Source of the DNA: the human T2T-CHM13v2.0 reference genome, Homo sapiens
Reading direction: 5' to 3' (one strand)
DNA length: 64,000 nt
Assembly: GCF_009914755.1 (NCBI RefSeq)
Contig: NC_060925.1
A program made the translations under genes and the position numbers. The notes beneath the pieces were generated by a model that was given only the letters and a program-made list of their open reading frames with translations, had not been told where the DNA came from and did no database searches. Every line of letters begins with the position of its first letter. Position 1 is the first letter of the stretch. This document shows positions 14,139 to 27,549 of this stretch, in pieces.

Positions 14139-15773
14139 GTACTTTTTCAATCACCTTCCTCCTATATGTATGAAATGCTAATTTGTCTCATATTTATGCA
14201 TTATCTTTATAAGCAACAAATAGATTCTAAGTTAGGTAAAAGATAACCCAAGTCAAATTATGTGTTTGTTCATTTACTTAAAAAATACTTAGTGTTTCCC
14301 ATGTGCCAGGCAATGTGCTATACTGTGATGGGGTCTATATGCCAGCAACTAGGAGAAACTGTACCAAGCCTTGCTGAGCTGACAGTTTATCAAGAGTTAG
14401 AGACAGGTAGACAGAAAATTAAAATGCAGCATAATAAGTGCTGTAATGGGAATTCTAAAAAACCACCAAGTTGGATTTTTGAAATTAATGAGATAATTTG
14501 GAGGAAAATTTCAAAGCATTTCAAAGAATCACATTGAGCATGTTTATTAGAAGGGAAGACAATTCTTAGACATTTCTTTCTGCATCTGGTGATAGTGCTT
14601 TTTATATTTTTTCATTATAGTCTTTCTACATATTATTAATCACTGCAATTGCTAATTTTGAATGTAAAAACGTAAAAAATGTCAGTTGGGATATCTTGGG
14701 TTATAACAATTTACCATTTATCTGTTAATAAAGAATTTATTTTTCATAATACCAATTAGAATGTCAGAGTAAACATTTTTGCTAGGAATTTTATTTCCTG
14801 GTATGCAGTATTTTGTCAGAAAATTCCTTAAAGTATTTAATCTAAAATAACTTTTTGAATGACAGTACTTAAAATTGTTAAATGCCCCAACATTTTGGAA
14901 TAAAGGTTTTTTTCTCTTAGATTATTGATCTGCTTCTTAAAGATTTGTAGGAAGAGGAAGAATGCTTTATGACCATGCTCTCTGACTCATTTCTCTAGGA
15001 CAGTAAAAAATCTTGTATGTATAGGATTAAAGCCTTGAATTACATACTTCTGAATATGGGTAAATTATGTAGGCCCTCACATTCCACCCAAGTCTCCCTG
15101 AAACCTGTGGTCAGTCCTGTGCCTTTTAATTTTAATCAAAGTAATATATGAATGTAACTTTAAAAGTAATACATGAACATAGCTTAATGTCAGATGTTCT
15201 GCAGGACTTAATGACAAAACACATGAATTCCTTGGCTCCTCTCACTCACAACTGTCATTACGTGGAGCCGGTCTTTTTTCCTATTCTTTTTACTGCTTCA
15301 TCTCTTATTTTGTGTCTGTGTTTCCATATTGCATACTTGTATTACTGTTCATAGATTTCTCAGTTTCAAGAGTGTAAGTGTTCATTTCCTACTTTGGAAG
15401 GTGAGAATTAGCTCTTTTACACTCCCTCCGTGCTCATCTTCTCAATGTTTTATATGTATAATAAAAATTATATAATTTTTGGTTAAATCACAATTTATTG
15501 TTTACATGATTTTGACTATTGCTTACAGCTGAGCCACATGGCATACTTTGGTAGTTGCGTTTCCATACAACTTTTTGTTTTTCCTGGTGTTTACAAATTG
15601 GCAGTTATTTGTGCACATTAGTTTTTTTTTTTTTTTAAACCTACTTCCCCCTAATTCAGTTTGAGCTTTTTGACAATACTGAGAAATCTTCTCAGTATTG
15701 TAATATGGTCAGACACCAACTAATCTATCAACTTCATCTTTCTATTTCCACCCCCGCCCTATACGTTTTGTAG

Positions 15774-16062
<289 letters not shown>

Positions 16063-16404
16063 CTTCTTGCTTTAATCAGGATTGGTTGCATTTTAGGCCC
16101 ACTGAGTAGCAATCACGTTTGAATTTGCTTTTATCATTATTTTGGGAATTTCTTTCATCTTTGTATCCTGAATTAAATAACCTGTTTCTGGATTTTTTGT
16201 TTTTCTCTTCCTCAGTTTACTTTCTCGTTTTGGCAGATGCACTCTTTTTCTGAGTAAGGATGAAGGGAGATAAATTTTTGAGACCTTGCAGATCTGAAAA
16301 TGTCTTTCTTCTAGTCTCATACTTGATTGATAATTTAGCTATGTTTGTGCATTCCAAGTTGGAATTCACTTTTCTTCAGAATTTTGAGAACATCACTCTG
16401 TTCT

Positions 16405-16555
16405 GGGTCTCAACCTTGGCTGCAGAATGATTGGAATCATCTGGAGAATTTTAAGAATTATGAATGTCTGGGCCCCACCACTAGAGATTCTGATTCAATT
16501 AATCAAACCTTTTTGAAGCATCTAGTGGATTCTGTTGTGCAGCTCCAGGGTGGGT
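16405..16555. mobile_element. MER5-type hAT-Charlie fragment within an ancient L1M region
   Basis: ctcaaccttggctgca...gaatcatctggaga...ctgggccccacc..agagattctgattcaatt. Confidence 0.65.
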
Positions 16556-17289
16556 ATTGAGGCCTCTTGCCATTCCGATTGCTCAGCTATAGCTGGAGAT
16601 TTGTTCCTCCCTCAATCTCCCCCTCAATCTTTTTTTAAAAAATTGTTGATGTTGTATTACTGGATGTTTGAAAATTTCACTGAACATTGGTATGAATTTT
16701 TTTTTTTTGTTCATTGTGCTGGGCACTAGGTGAACTCTTTTTCCATCTAGAAACTTATTCTTCATTTGAGAAATTTTCTTGTGTTTAAAAAGAAATTATT
16801 CCTCCATTTTTTCTGGAATTCTTATTAGCTGAGTGTTGGAGCCTCTGGACTGATGATCTGATTATCTTATAATTTCTCTTCTATTTTTGTCTCTGCCATT
16901 TTATTTTATTTTCTAGGAAATTTCTTTATTATCCAGTGAATTTTTATTTGTTATAATTTTATTTCCAAGTTATCTTCTATATGGATGTTCATTTTTATAG
17001 CAATCATTCTTTTAAGTATGCAGTATTTTTTCACCTCTGAAGCTATTTAAGTTTTTAATGTGTTTTTAGCTCCCTGCATTTTTTGTTATTCTGTTGTCAT
17101 TCACATTAGAGGCCTTCCTCAAGCATTCTGTGACTCTTGGCTGTGAATTCATATTTAAAAGTAAGTGCCTTAAACACTTACTAGAAGCTGGAGTTGAGAG
17201 CTTGTTAACTGGTCTCCCTTGAAGGGTGTTTGTAGGGGGACCCTAATCATGTGCACGTGTGTGTAGTACTCAGTTTTAAAATTTAATTA

Positions 17290-17642
<353 letters not shown>

Positions 17643-18298
17643 GATTAGCATAAGGAACTTCCTTATATTCTTAACCCACATTCACCAATTGTAAAACACT
17701 CATTTTAAAGTTGTTAACTTTCTCCTAAATAGTTTTGAGCCTCTGCTGTGTATGAAATTCTTTAATATTTGGACCTTATCTCAAAAAAAGTTTTAAAATA
17801 TTGTACATTCGTACAGGATAATTTTATTTGAAAAGTTAACATATATCTCCATCTCAGTATTTAAGCTACAGTGCAAATTGATTTATTTATTTTCTCTTTT
17901 TGCCTTTTCTAAAGTAAGTCCAGATTCATGTATTTCTGCTAAAGAAAGCCTCAAAGAGACTTATTATGGTCCTTAATGTACTTCATTTTAATATCCTTTT
18001 CATATTTTAAGCTTATTTGTTGATGGTGACTAATGACTTTGGAGTATGGGCAAATCTTAATAGGAAAGACACCCTCTTTAAGGTAGAAACTATACTAATT
18101 CCATGACATGGAGGAAAATTCTTCATACCTTGTTGCTGCTTTATCTAATCATAAAAATATATTTTATTTTCACCCATTTGGCTACAAGCAGAATTTAAAA
18201 ATTACCAAACTCTCTTTTATAAAGATTCTTAAACATTTGGAAGTTGTAGTGATTAGGGCTATTGTAAAATTGTTTTTTGTTAATTATTTTTTTTGCAG

Positions 18299-18368
18299 TG
18301 GAATAATAAGCAGAAATAAGGCTTTATTCAAGAAACCATTTTTTAAATTTATAGCTGCTACTCCAATG
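18299..18368 (+). CDS. ABCD3: Candidate alternative exon 5a (70 nt), paralog of exon 5: (S)GIISRNKALFKKPFFKFIAATPM
   Basis: T-rich tract + ttttgcag|T GGA ATA ATA ... CCA ATG|gtaaac; same length and phase (2/0) as exon 5, no stop, 12/24 aa identical; usage not demonstrable from sequence. Confidence 0.7.
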
Positions 18369-19262
18369 GTAAACCATTGCTGAATGATGGCATGTTCTTG
18401 TGTGTTTCACAGCTTGGGCAGCACTAAAGCACTTTGGTTTTAAGTAAGGTTTGGTTCAAACAATTTTAACATAAATTCTCTGAACCTTTTGTACTGTCTT
18501 GATTGCTTAATGTCTGTAATATTCTTATTGCTATAAACAACATTTTTGTGTGGTTCTATTTAACTTTCTTGTAGTTAGCGTTTTTTTTTTTTTAACTGTT
18601 TTACTTTTTAGGGGCTATATAAACATTGGAGTATTAATTTCTCTTAATCAGTCTAAAGGAACATTTCCCAAAGTATGTTCTGTGGAATCTTGGCTATGAT
18701 AGAGGAAATGTTTCATGCTACAAACCCCTCTCAGAGAGTTAAAATGCACATACTATACATTAAAAGCTTTGAGAAGGTCTTTGGTAAAGACATTTGTTAG
18801 ATTTGTTTAACCTAGGATTTCCCAAATTTATCCATCTCGTCCCTCACAGAAAAGAAATTATTTCTCTAGTCATATACTAGTAATTTTTGTGTGTGCGTGG
18901 GCAGCTAGGTTTAAACCACTTAGTCCAGTGTTTAAATGTTTTATATAAATATGTCTTATGAAATTTGGGAACATTATTAAGTATTACTTGAAGTAAGAGT
19001 TCTGTGATCAAATACATACTATCTTTGTATTAGGTCATAGACATATCTTACTCAAAGATCCTTTACTTATATAATACTGCTTTGTTCAAATTTTTAATAA
19101 AGTTTTAGAACCCTTTTTAAAAATTTTTAATGTATATTTTAAAAGCAGAAAAATATGTAAAACAGATTAACAACAGGCAAAAGAGAAGCTAGTCTAGCTG
19201 AAGTGTGTTGAGGAACATGAAGCTTCTGTAGATCCATTCTGGGCTCTGATCTATGCGTTAGT

Positions 19263-19453
19263 CCCAGTATTGGCAAACTAGGACCCACAGGTCAAATCTC
19301 ACTACCTGCCATCTGTTTTGGTAAAGTTTTATTAGAATACAGCCACACTTCTTGGCTGCTTTTGTTTTACAGTGGCAGAATTGAGTAGTTGCAGCGGAGC
19401 CCTTAGGGTGCACAAAGCCTAAAATATTTACTCTTGACCCTTTGCTGATCCCC
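19263..19453. mobile_element. MER58A-like DNA transposon
   Basis: ttggcaaact...ttattagaatacagccac...ttgagtagttgc...aagcctaaaatatttact. Confidence 0.75.
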
Positions 19454-19890
19454 ATTAAGTCTGTCTCCCTGCCATTAGTTCACACAAATGAGAATCAGAT
19501 TATTAAAATATTTTAAAACAAACAAATGGTACTTTGTTTATTCATAATAACCCATTCCTGGGACTATAAAGTTGTTAATTGTTATGCTAGCTTAGTTTCT
19601 TTTGTAGCCACTTAAGCCTTTTTTTAAAGCAGCCATTTTTACTAAGAAATAATTAGTTATCATTCTGTTTAATTTTGCCATTTGCAGGATGAGGTTCCAG
19701 CAAGTTCAAAATGATGACATTTTAAAGTTGCAAACATGTTTTTGCAAAAAAGTGGTTTTTAGCATCTTTTTTATTGATTGTTTTGATTTAATAGAAGTTT
19801 CCAAGAGTAATTTTAGAGCTTTACAGAAGTTTTCCTAGTGTTAGATTTTGCTTCTTTTGCAACTAATGCATTGCATGTGGTGGTTTGCAG

Positions 19891-19960
19891 TGGTATCATT
19901 GGTCGTAGCAGGAAAGATTTCAAGAGATACTTACTCAACTTCATCGCTGCCATGCCTCTT
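19891..19960 (+). CDS. ABCD3: ABCD3 exon 5 (70 nt) (S)GIIGRSRKDFKRYLLNFIAAMPL
   Basis: tttgcag| ... CTT|gtaagt. Confidence 0.96.
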
Positions 19961-21268
19961 GTAAGTTTAATTCATTAAAAATCTTTTTAACACGGGAAAT
20001 TTGCATCTTATTAAAATCTTTAAGGGTTTTACTTATTAAATTCTTTAAAGACTTATGATACTAAGTTCCTATTTTCAGTTTAGTTTTGTAATTTATAATA
20101 TAATTTTCAATGTAAACCTTCATACTAGATAAAAAAGGGATTATGTTTGGTTTAATTTCATTTATAATGTGTATATATATTCATATACATATGTATGTGG
20201 GTGAGGGGTTTTTTGGCATTTTTTTTTTAACCTTCAGTCCAGGTTTTCTTCAGTGTTTAGCATCATCAATGACCATTAGATAGCAGTAGCACCCTTCTCC
20301 TAGTTCTAACAACCAGAAATGATTCCAGTCATTGCAAAATGGGTATGGGCAGGGGGCAACTTGGGGAGTTGGGGGGATTTAGAGGGGGGAATGCAAATCA
20401 TCCTGGTTACTTTAGGCCATAAACTATTACAGTAACTTGAACTACTAATTTACTTTAAGTTAAATTGGAATTTATGGTCTGAATTTTTTACAGATAAATT
20501 GTTTAGTCTAAAATATAAGTGATTTTCTTAGGTTGGTTCTCATTTTAATTTTCTTGGCGCTGTAAGAATGTAATATTCTGAATTTGTGGGTAAAAATGAG
20601 AAGCTTGGTTGTAAAATCCAGTTATGTTGAAATTGCCAGAAATTCTTGTTTAATAAAGCTGGAAGCTGGGGCTACATAGCTTTTAGACTTTTTAAAATAA
20701 ACAATTGGAATAAGCAACATAGATATCAAAGATTAAGATTCAGCAAAGACCACTTGAGAAAATTTGTAATGTAACGATGGAAAATGTTAGTAAAGATGGC
20801 TCTAGAAATAATCTGGAAAATAGCATTAGTTGGTGTAAAACCTGTAGTGTTTTTTTTTTTTTAACAAATGCAAATATAGTGTATATAGAATTCCGTTGTC
20901 TAGGGTTGTAGTGCTGATAGTAGGAAACAGAAAATATAAATGTCTGAACTCCTAAAAGCAAGTCTTTACATTGGCTAGAAAGGGGATATATTTGACTTTT
21001 TGCCCGTTTACCAAAAAAAATGGGCAAGGTATGTCGCGTAATTAGTGATATTAACATATTCCATGTAAACTTTAACATAGAATAATTCAAACGAGGTACA
21101 TTTGGTTTAGCTAAATGCAGTAAAGTAAAACAGAACTGAATTATATAAATTTGGACTAAATTATAAAAATTGTAGGATTTGGGACACAGGAAATAATAGA
21201 GAAATAAATTATAGTTTAGTAAGCAGAAATGAAAAGCAAAACCAATAATATTTGTTTGTTTGTTTTAG

Positions 21269-21366
21269 ATCTCTCTGGTTAATAACTTCTTGAAGTATGG
21301 GTTAAATGAGCTTAAACTGTGCTTCCGAGTAAGGCTCACTAAATACCTCTATGAGGAGTATCTTCA
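21269..21366 (+). CDS. ABCD3: ABCD3 exon 6 (98 nt) ISLVNNFLKYGLNELKLCFRVRLTKYLYEEYL(Q)
   Basis: ttttag| ... CA|gtaagt. Confidence 0.96.
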
Positions 21367-21739
21367 GTAAGTGATAACCTATTTTTATATTAAAAATATT
21401 TAAATAGAAGAGTATTTATGAAGCTGATCAATATAGCAGTTTTTCTTATTTATTGTATGTTTTCTAAGAAAACCACTCTTAGGTACAGAAGCATGTTGGG
21501 AACAACCTTTCAGTTATTTGGAATCTAGTCCTGGCTCTTCCATTAATTGACAAGTCATCATTTTCTGGACTTGTGTCCTCCTCTCTAAAAATCAGTTAGG
21601 GCAATCAATAGGATCTCTTCTGGCTCCAAACTTTTTTGTTTCTATGTATTTGAGCTAGGTGGTGTAATATGATTTTTTTGTTGTTGTTTTATCTTTAAAG
21701 TCACTTGTTTTAAAATCACTTTTCTTCTTGCTATTTTAG

Positions 21740-21863
21740 AGCTTTCACATATTATAAAATGGGGAATCTGGACAACAGAATAGCTAATCCAGACCAGCTG
21801 CTTACACAAGATGTAGAAAAATTTTGTAACAGTGTAGTCGATCTGTATTCAAATCTTAGTAAG
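21740..21863 (+). CDS. ABCD3: ABCD3 exon 7 (124 nt) AFTYYKMGNLDNRIANPDQLLTQDVEKFCNSVVDLYSNLSK
   Basis: ttttag| ... AAG|gtaagt; ABCD-family NPDQ motif. Confidence 0.97.
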
Positions 21864-23470
21864 GTAAGTTTCTCTCCTTTTTAAAAGATTATTTGTTTAA
21901 TTTTTTGAATTTTGAATCTAAGCAAATTTATATAGAATTGATTTTATGGACATAACAGCAGCATGTAAATATTTAATGCTTTTATAAGAAAATTAGAGTT
22001 GTTGTAATAGTTTTAATTATTTTAATTTTTTCTATTATTTTTGTGAGGTACTTTGGCAAAGAACTGATAATTTAGTGTCTTATAAGGATTTTCTAAGAAT
22101 TTTGCAGGTTGATTCCATTAAAACAACAGAAATTTGAATTCTCATCTTTTGACCTGTGTGCATCCGGCCATTGTTAGAGATTGACTGTCAATTTATGTTT
22201 CTAACTCCACACTTATAACACTAGACTAGGACTTCCTTTCTGCCCATTTCTCTGCTTCAGTATCTTTAATTCTAATAGATCATTAGTAAGTAGTAGTCAA
22301 AAAATTTCACAAGATGCAAGTATATTTCAGTTTTCTAATTACTGTTTTTCCCATTCTCCTCAGAATATTGCCAAAGCTCCTGACTGTGATAGGCCTTAGT
22401 CAGTTTTCCTTCTTCTCACTGATTTCTCCAGTTCTTATCTTAGTCATGTTATCTCACCACCCTTACAGCTTTTGCTGTAGTCTTCTTATTAAACCCTCTT
22501 CTTTGCCATTACCTCTTGCATTGACTATGATATGTAGTAGGCACCTATAAAATAGTCTGCCCAGCATCCCCTCCCCTCTTCATCTGAGATGCTTCAGTTC
22601 CCACTCTAACTCATGTGACTTCCCTTGGTGTTGGCTAGGAGCTTGTCTCATACTGGACCAATGATAGTATCTTTGCCTCTGGTCACAGTTGACCTAGATA
22701 TACAGTTTTGAGACAAAAGAAAACCAAAACTATAAAAAGGACTGGGTCACATTGTAAGAATAGGAATGTTCTTGCTTCAACCAGATGGATGGAGGGAAGG
22801 CAATTCTTAGAGATATATATCCACAAGAGCTGCTCTCCTCATGCCCAGGCCCAATGCTTTTCACTTCCAGCCCAACTTTGTTATTTATTTAGCTCTCCAG
22901 AAGCCTTTGCTAACTGATCCCAAACTCGGGAACTCTGACAACTACAAATAGTTCAGTAATTAAGCTTTCTTTTCTGTTCCCATTACCACATTTGAAAGTT
23001 TGTTCTCTCTCTTTCTCTCTCTCTCTGTCTCTGTGTGTGTATGTGTGTGTGTATGCATGCATGCATGGTGGGAATGGGGGGTGTATCTATACAACTTTCC
23101 ATGTAATTTTATAGACATTATTATGTATTCTTTAAATCTTGGCACTTGAGCAAGTCTCAGGTTTTGTCAAATCTGGAATACAGAAGAATATTAAATTAAG
23201 TACTTGTAGTGGGGCTGTACACCAGTGTGTAAGTTAGATGTTTTAAACATCTAATTGACCTCCAACTTAAATTATGAGTCATTATTTTTGTCATAAGTTT
23301 TAACAGTTCTTGAATTTTATAAGTATCTCTAGCTTCTTGATAACTTATAAGGCAAAAAAAAAAAAAAAAAAAAAAAAAAAGGAAAGGGAAAGGTAGATGT
23401 TGAAACAAGCCAGTTAACAAACCAAGCCATCTATCCTAGTAATAATGTGGATTAGAAAGTGCTGGCTGTT

Positions 23471-23711
23471 GGCCGGGCATAGTGGCTCATCCCTGCAATC
23501 ACAATACTTTGGGAGGCCAAGGTGGGCAGATCGCTTGAGCCCAGGAGTTCAAGACTATCCTGGGCAACATGGTGAAACCCCATCTACAAAAAATACAAAA
23601 ATTACCCAGGCATGGTAATGTGCGCCTGTACTCCCAGCTACTCCAGAGGCTGCAGTGAGCCAAGATCTCCAGCCTGGGTGACAGAGCCAGACCCTGTCTC
23701 AAAAAAAAAAA
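23471..23711 (+). mobile_element. Alu with internal deletion
   Basis: ggccgggcatagtggctc...poly-A. Confidence 0.9.
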
Positions 23712-24302
23712 GTGGAGGTGCAAGCAGTGGCTGTTGACTTAAAGTGAATGAACACAATTTGTGTTTCTTGAAAAACATTTCAAACTAATGCAGCTGATGG
23801 TGCTTGAACAATCAATGGCTTACTTGATTATTTTGCCATGGAAGTGATAAAGTAATAGAGTCAAACAATATTGGAGCAGGAAAAGCTCCTCACTTTACAG
23901 GTGAAGATATGTAGAAACAAACTGGTAGCAGATTTGGGGTTACATCTCAGGTCATTTTATTCAGTGTCTTTACATTATATTGACACATTACTGAGTTACT
24001 AGTGGTTAATTATCACAGTAGAGGTATCTTAGTTGATGGAAAGTGATAAATGTTTTTCCTACTTGATGGTCAGTAGACATTGTGTAAGCTGTTCCCATTT
24101 TAAGTTTCTTGAGAGGAAAACTGTTATCTTTCATGTATTCTTTGATCTACTTACTATCACAGTACATTGTACATAGTGGGACCTCTACATGTTGATAATT
24201 ATATATTAAATGTTTAATGACATTTTATAGTTAACATGTTGTATTAGCTATCATTCTAGTGCTTTAGTTTTAATTCTGTGTATTCTAATATTTATTTTAC
24301 AG

Positions 24303-24359
24303 CCATTTTTAGACATAGTTTTGTATATCTTTAAGTTAACGAGTGCAATTGGAGCTCAG
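24303..24359 (+). CDS. ABCD3: ABCD3 exon 8 (57 nt) PFLDIVLYIFKLTSAIGAQ
   Basis: ttacag| ... CAG|gtgagt. Confidence 0.96.
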
Positions 24360-24567
24360 GTGAGTCTGCTTTTATTTCAACTTTTAAATTGATATAATAT
24401 AATATTTGAAATACATATTGTGAATAGCTTGATGGCCTGTAAGAATTTTTGTAGATCTCAAAGAATGTATTTTCACATGATTTACCTAACAAAGTCTGGT
24501 TATAAAATAATACTTCATTCGAGATTTTAGAAGTACTAATTTTTCTTTTTAATTTTCCTTAAATTAG

Positions 24568-24594
24568 GTACTTGGAAAAATTTTGTGGCATTAA
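24568..24594 (+). CDS. ABCD3: Alternative terminal exon of a short ABCD3 isoform: VLGKILWH*
   Basis: Branch-like tactaat + pyrimidine tract + attag|GTA CTT GGA AAA ATT TTG TGG CAT TAA, in frame with exon 8; AATAAA at 24740-24745; matches my recollection of an annotated ~236-aa isoform. Confidence 0.8.
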   Translation, partial: VLGKILWH

Positions 24595-24612
24595 AAACCA
24601 GACAAATGTATT

Positions 24613-24746
24613 GGCCAGGCGTGGTGGCTCATGCCTGTAATCCCAGCACTTTGGGAGGCTGAGATGGGAGGATCGCTTGAATCCAGGAGTTCGAGACAAG
24701 CCTGGACAAAAAGCGAGACCCGCTTCTTTAAAAAATAATAATAAAA
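24613..24746 (+). mobile_element. FLAM/Alu left monomer; tail carries AATAAA
   Basis: ggccaggcgtggtggctcatgcctgtaatcccagcactttgggagg...aaaaataataataaaa. Confidence 0.9.
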
Positions 24747-26507
24747 CAGAAGTTCTTAAACCATGAATATACTTGTACTTATTGTTTCAAAGTAATGTCT
24801 AAAAAGAGATATGGAGACATCCATTTTAATATGAAATTCTAATGTTAAAATAACGATACATTTAGAGTGGGTGTAACAGTTCCAAGAATATTTTATAATG
24901 TAAATGGTTGGCTATCCCATGAGCCTTATTATCCAAGTCTCTGATATTTGTGATGGCAAGAATCACTTTTAAGTTTTCTTTGAGTTATCTTATTGAAATG
25001 TAACTTTAGTCATTTAATATGTAATGTTATTGTTACATATTTATAACACAGCCATATAATAGTATGGTTGTTTTACATATGTGTATGTGTGTATATGCAT
25101 TTCAGTTGATTAATAAATTATTTCCATACTGGTTTTTGTTGCTTTCCAAAACACTGGAAAAGCAGGGTTTTGGTTTTGCTTTGTTTTGTTTTTCGAATTT
25201 TTCTGTTTATTTTCCTAATTCTTTGCTGTCTTGTGATCCAGGTTTTATCATTCTTGTATTTTGTTTTACTATAACCAAGTGAATAGGCCAAATCCTTCTT
25301 GTCTCCTTGCAGTCATATTTTTATGGTACTTAACTACATTTTTGTGATACTTAAATATGTCTCCATGTCTACTTGTTATCTGATTCTGCATTTCTTAAAG
25401 GCAGAAACTGTTTTAGTTATCTTTTTGGTCCACATTTGTAGTAGTTGTTGATATGCATTGAATTGATCAGATTTACTTTTTTTTTTTTAATCTTGAATAC
25501 TTACTAGCACATATATTGTGCTAGATAGTAGGAATAAAAAGATAAGTAAGACACAATTCCTGCTGAAGAGGAATTACAATGTGGTAAAACAGGTAGATAG
25601 TCAAACAATTATGATGCAGCATGATAAAGTTTAGTAATAGAAGTTTCAAGAAAGTATTTAGTGCCAAGAAGAACTGGAGGTGATATCTGAGCTACTTTGG
25701 GGAGGTAAGTAAACATCCATTAGATTATGTCAGGCTTGCCAAACATAAGAACAACCTCACTGAATGGAAACTGTTCAGGAAACATTTATATATTTTAGTA
25801 TGGCAGAGTATAGGGTATATAGGGGAATGAGGGAAGTGCCTATGATGAACTTGGAAAGGTATGCTTCAAGCATACCTTTCTTTTTCTCTTGGGATGGTCA
25901 ATGGGTGATGAGGTCACGTACAAAGTTATTAATACATAGTACAGCAGCTGGAAGCAAGATGTACACGCAGGGAAAGACAGAGCTCGTTCAGGGGGAGCTG
26001 AACTTGAGGCATCTGCACAGTATTAAGGTAAAGATGTGTAGTACTTATTTCTTGGGTTCATAAGAGTGATAGGACTAGAGGTATAGATTTGAGATGAGAA
26101 GAGAACTAAGGAAGGAGTTTGAGGGAATATTAACATTAAAAAAGAAGGCAAGAAAAAGAGGTCTAAGAATTATTGTGGAATCTTAAGAGATTATCAAGAA
26201 GAGTTCCAACAGGAGAGTGTTAGATAACATAGAAAAACTGTGAACTGCAATTAGGAGTTTTTAGGTGAGCAAAATGTAGGAGAGCTGAGGGATAAGCTAC
26301 AGTGGTAAGAGGAAAAGCCCATGAGTAGTAAAAGTGTAGAGGCTACTGTGTACTTTTTCAGAAAAAAAACAAAGGGAAAAAATTACCCAGTAGGGCAATT
26401 TCTTTCAGTCATTGAGGTTAATTATAAAAATTGTACATGTTTGTATCTAAGTGAATTTATTATTATATCCCAGAACTTTGTGTATCTTTCTCTCCCAATA
26501 ATAATAG

Positions 26508-26650
26508 GGCCCAGCGAGCATGATGGCCTACTTGGTTGTTTCTGGGCTATTCCTAACTCGACTTCGAAGACCCATTGGTAAGATGACAATAACTGAGCAA
26601 AAGTATGAAGGAGAATATAGATATGTTAATTCTCGGCTCATCACAAACAG
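26508..26650 (+). CDS. ABCD3: ABCD3 exon 9 (143 nt) GPASMMAYLVVSGLFLTRLRRPIGKMTITEQKYEGEYRYVNSRLITN(S)
   Basis: aatag| ... CAG|gtaaag. Confidence 0.96.
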
Positions 26651-27549
26651 GTAAAGACAAATGCATTAAAGCCTTGCTAAAAATTAATTTCTATGGATAT
26701 TGATGTCATTTAAATTGACTCCAAAAAGTCTAGTGACACTGTTACTGTAATAATGTGCATATTGTGTTGAAAATATACATTATGAAAGAGACTAGTTTTA
26801 TAAAGTAGTAATCATGAATATTTTGAACTCTTTTTCTTACTAACCATGTAGTATTCCTGATTCACCTGTTCATACCTTCTGTTGATGAATTTTCTGTTAA
26901 TTTTACTTCAGACATAATCAGTTTACAATTCAAATTTCAACTTACAATACCTGTTCCAAGACAATTTTGTCTCAATTTTTCCACAAATATTTTTATTTTG
27001 ACTGTTCATAATGCTCAATGATTCACTGTCACTGCATGTGCCTCTACCTATTTTCTAGAGTTTTTTAAATGTAAGATAGGAAGAAAAAGTGTGGACTTTG
27101 GAGCCAGCCATACTAGCTTCAAAATCTACCTCTTCCACTTATCAGTTGCATGTATTTGATTTTAGCGAATTATTCATAGTTTCACTTTTGTTTATAATAG
27201 GTAGATAATATAGGGTTGCAATGAGGATTAAATTTGATAATACATATAAAGCTTCCAGCTCAGTTTTTTATATGGAGCAACTGCTCAATAAATGTTCTCA
27301 TATATTGATCTGTTAATGTTAAGTCATTTTGAGGGTTCTAATATGTATTTAATATTCTACTCTATAGGCATTTGCAAATGACAGTTCCCTCTTCCTTTAT
27401 TTCCTTGGATTGCTAAAATAGTACAAGTTTTAAATAGGGTTTTTTGCTCTAGGGAGGCAGCGGAATAGAGTTAAGAGGTGATTTGCCAAGTAAATGAAAG
27501 ATGCCTTTTAGTGAAAGAAGCAGAAAGCATGACTCATGGCTCCAGTAAT

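Noticed and set aside
19660-19760. Cryptic exon after ttttgccatttgcag at about 19687
   Set aside because: Plausible acceptor, but no convincing donor and no similarity to exon 5
23007-23070. Clustered TGCATG motifs as an RBFOX enhancer
   Set aside because: They sit within a degenerate (CT)n(TG)n microsatellite more than 1 kb from either exon, so likely a by-product of the repeat
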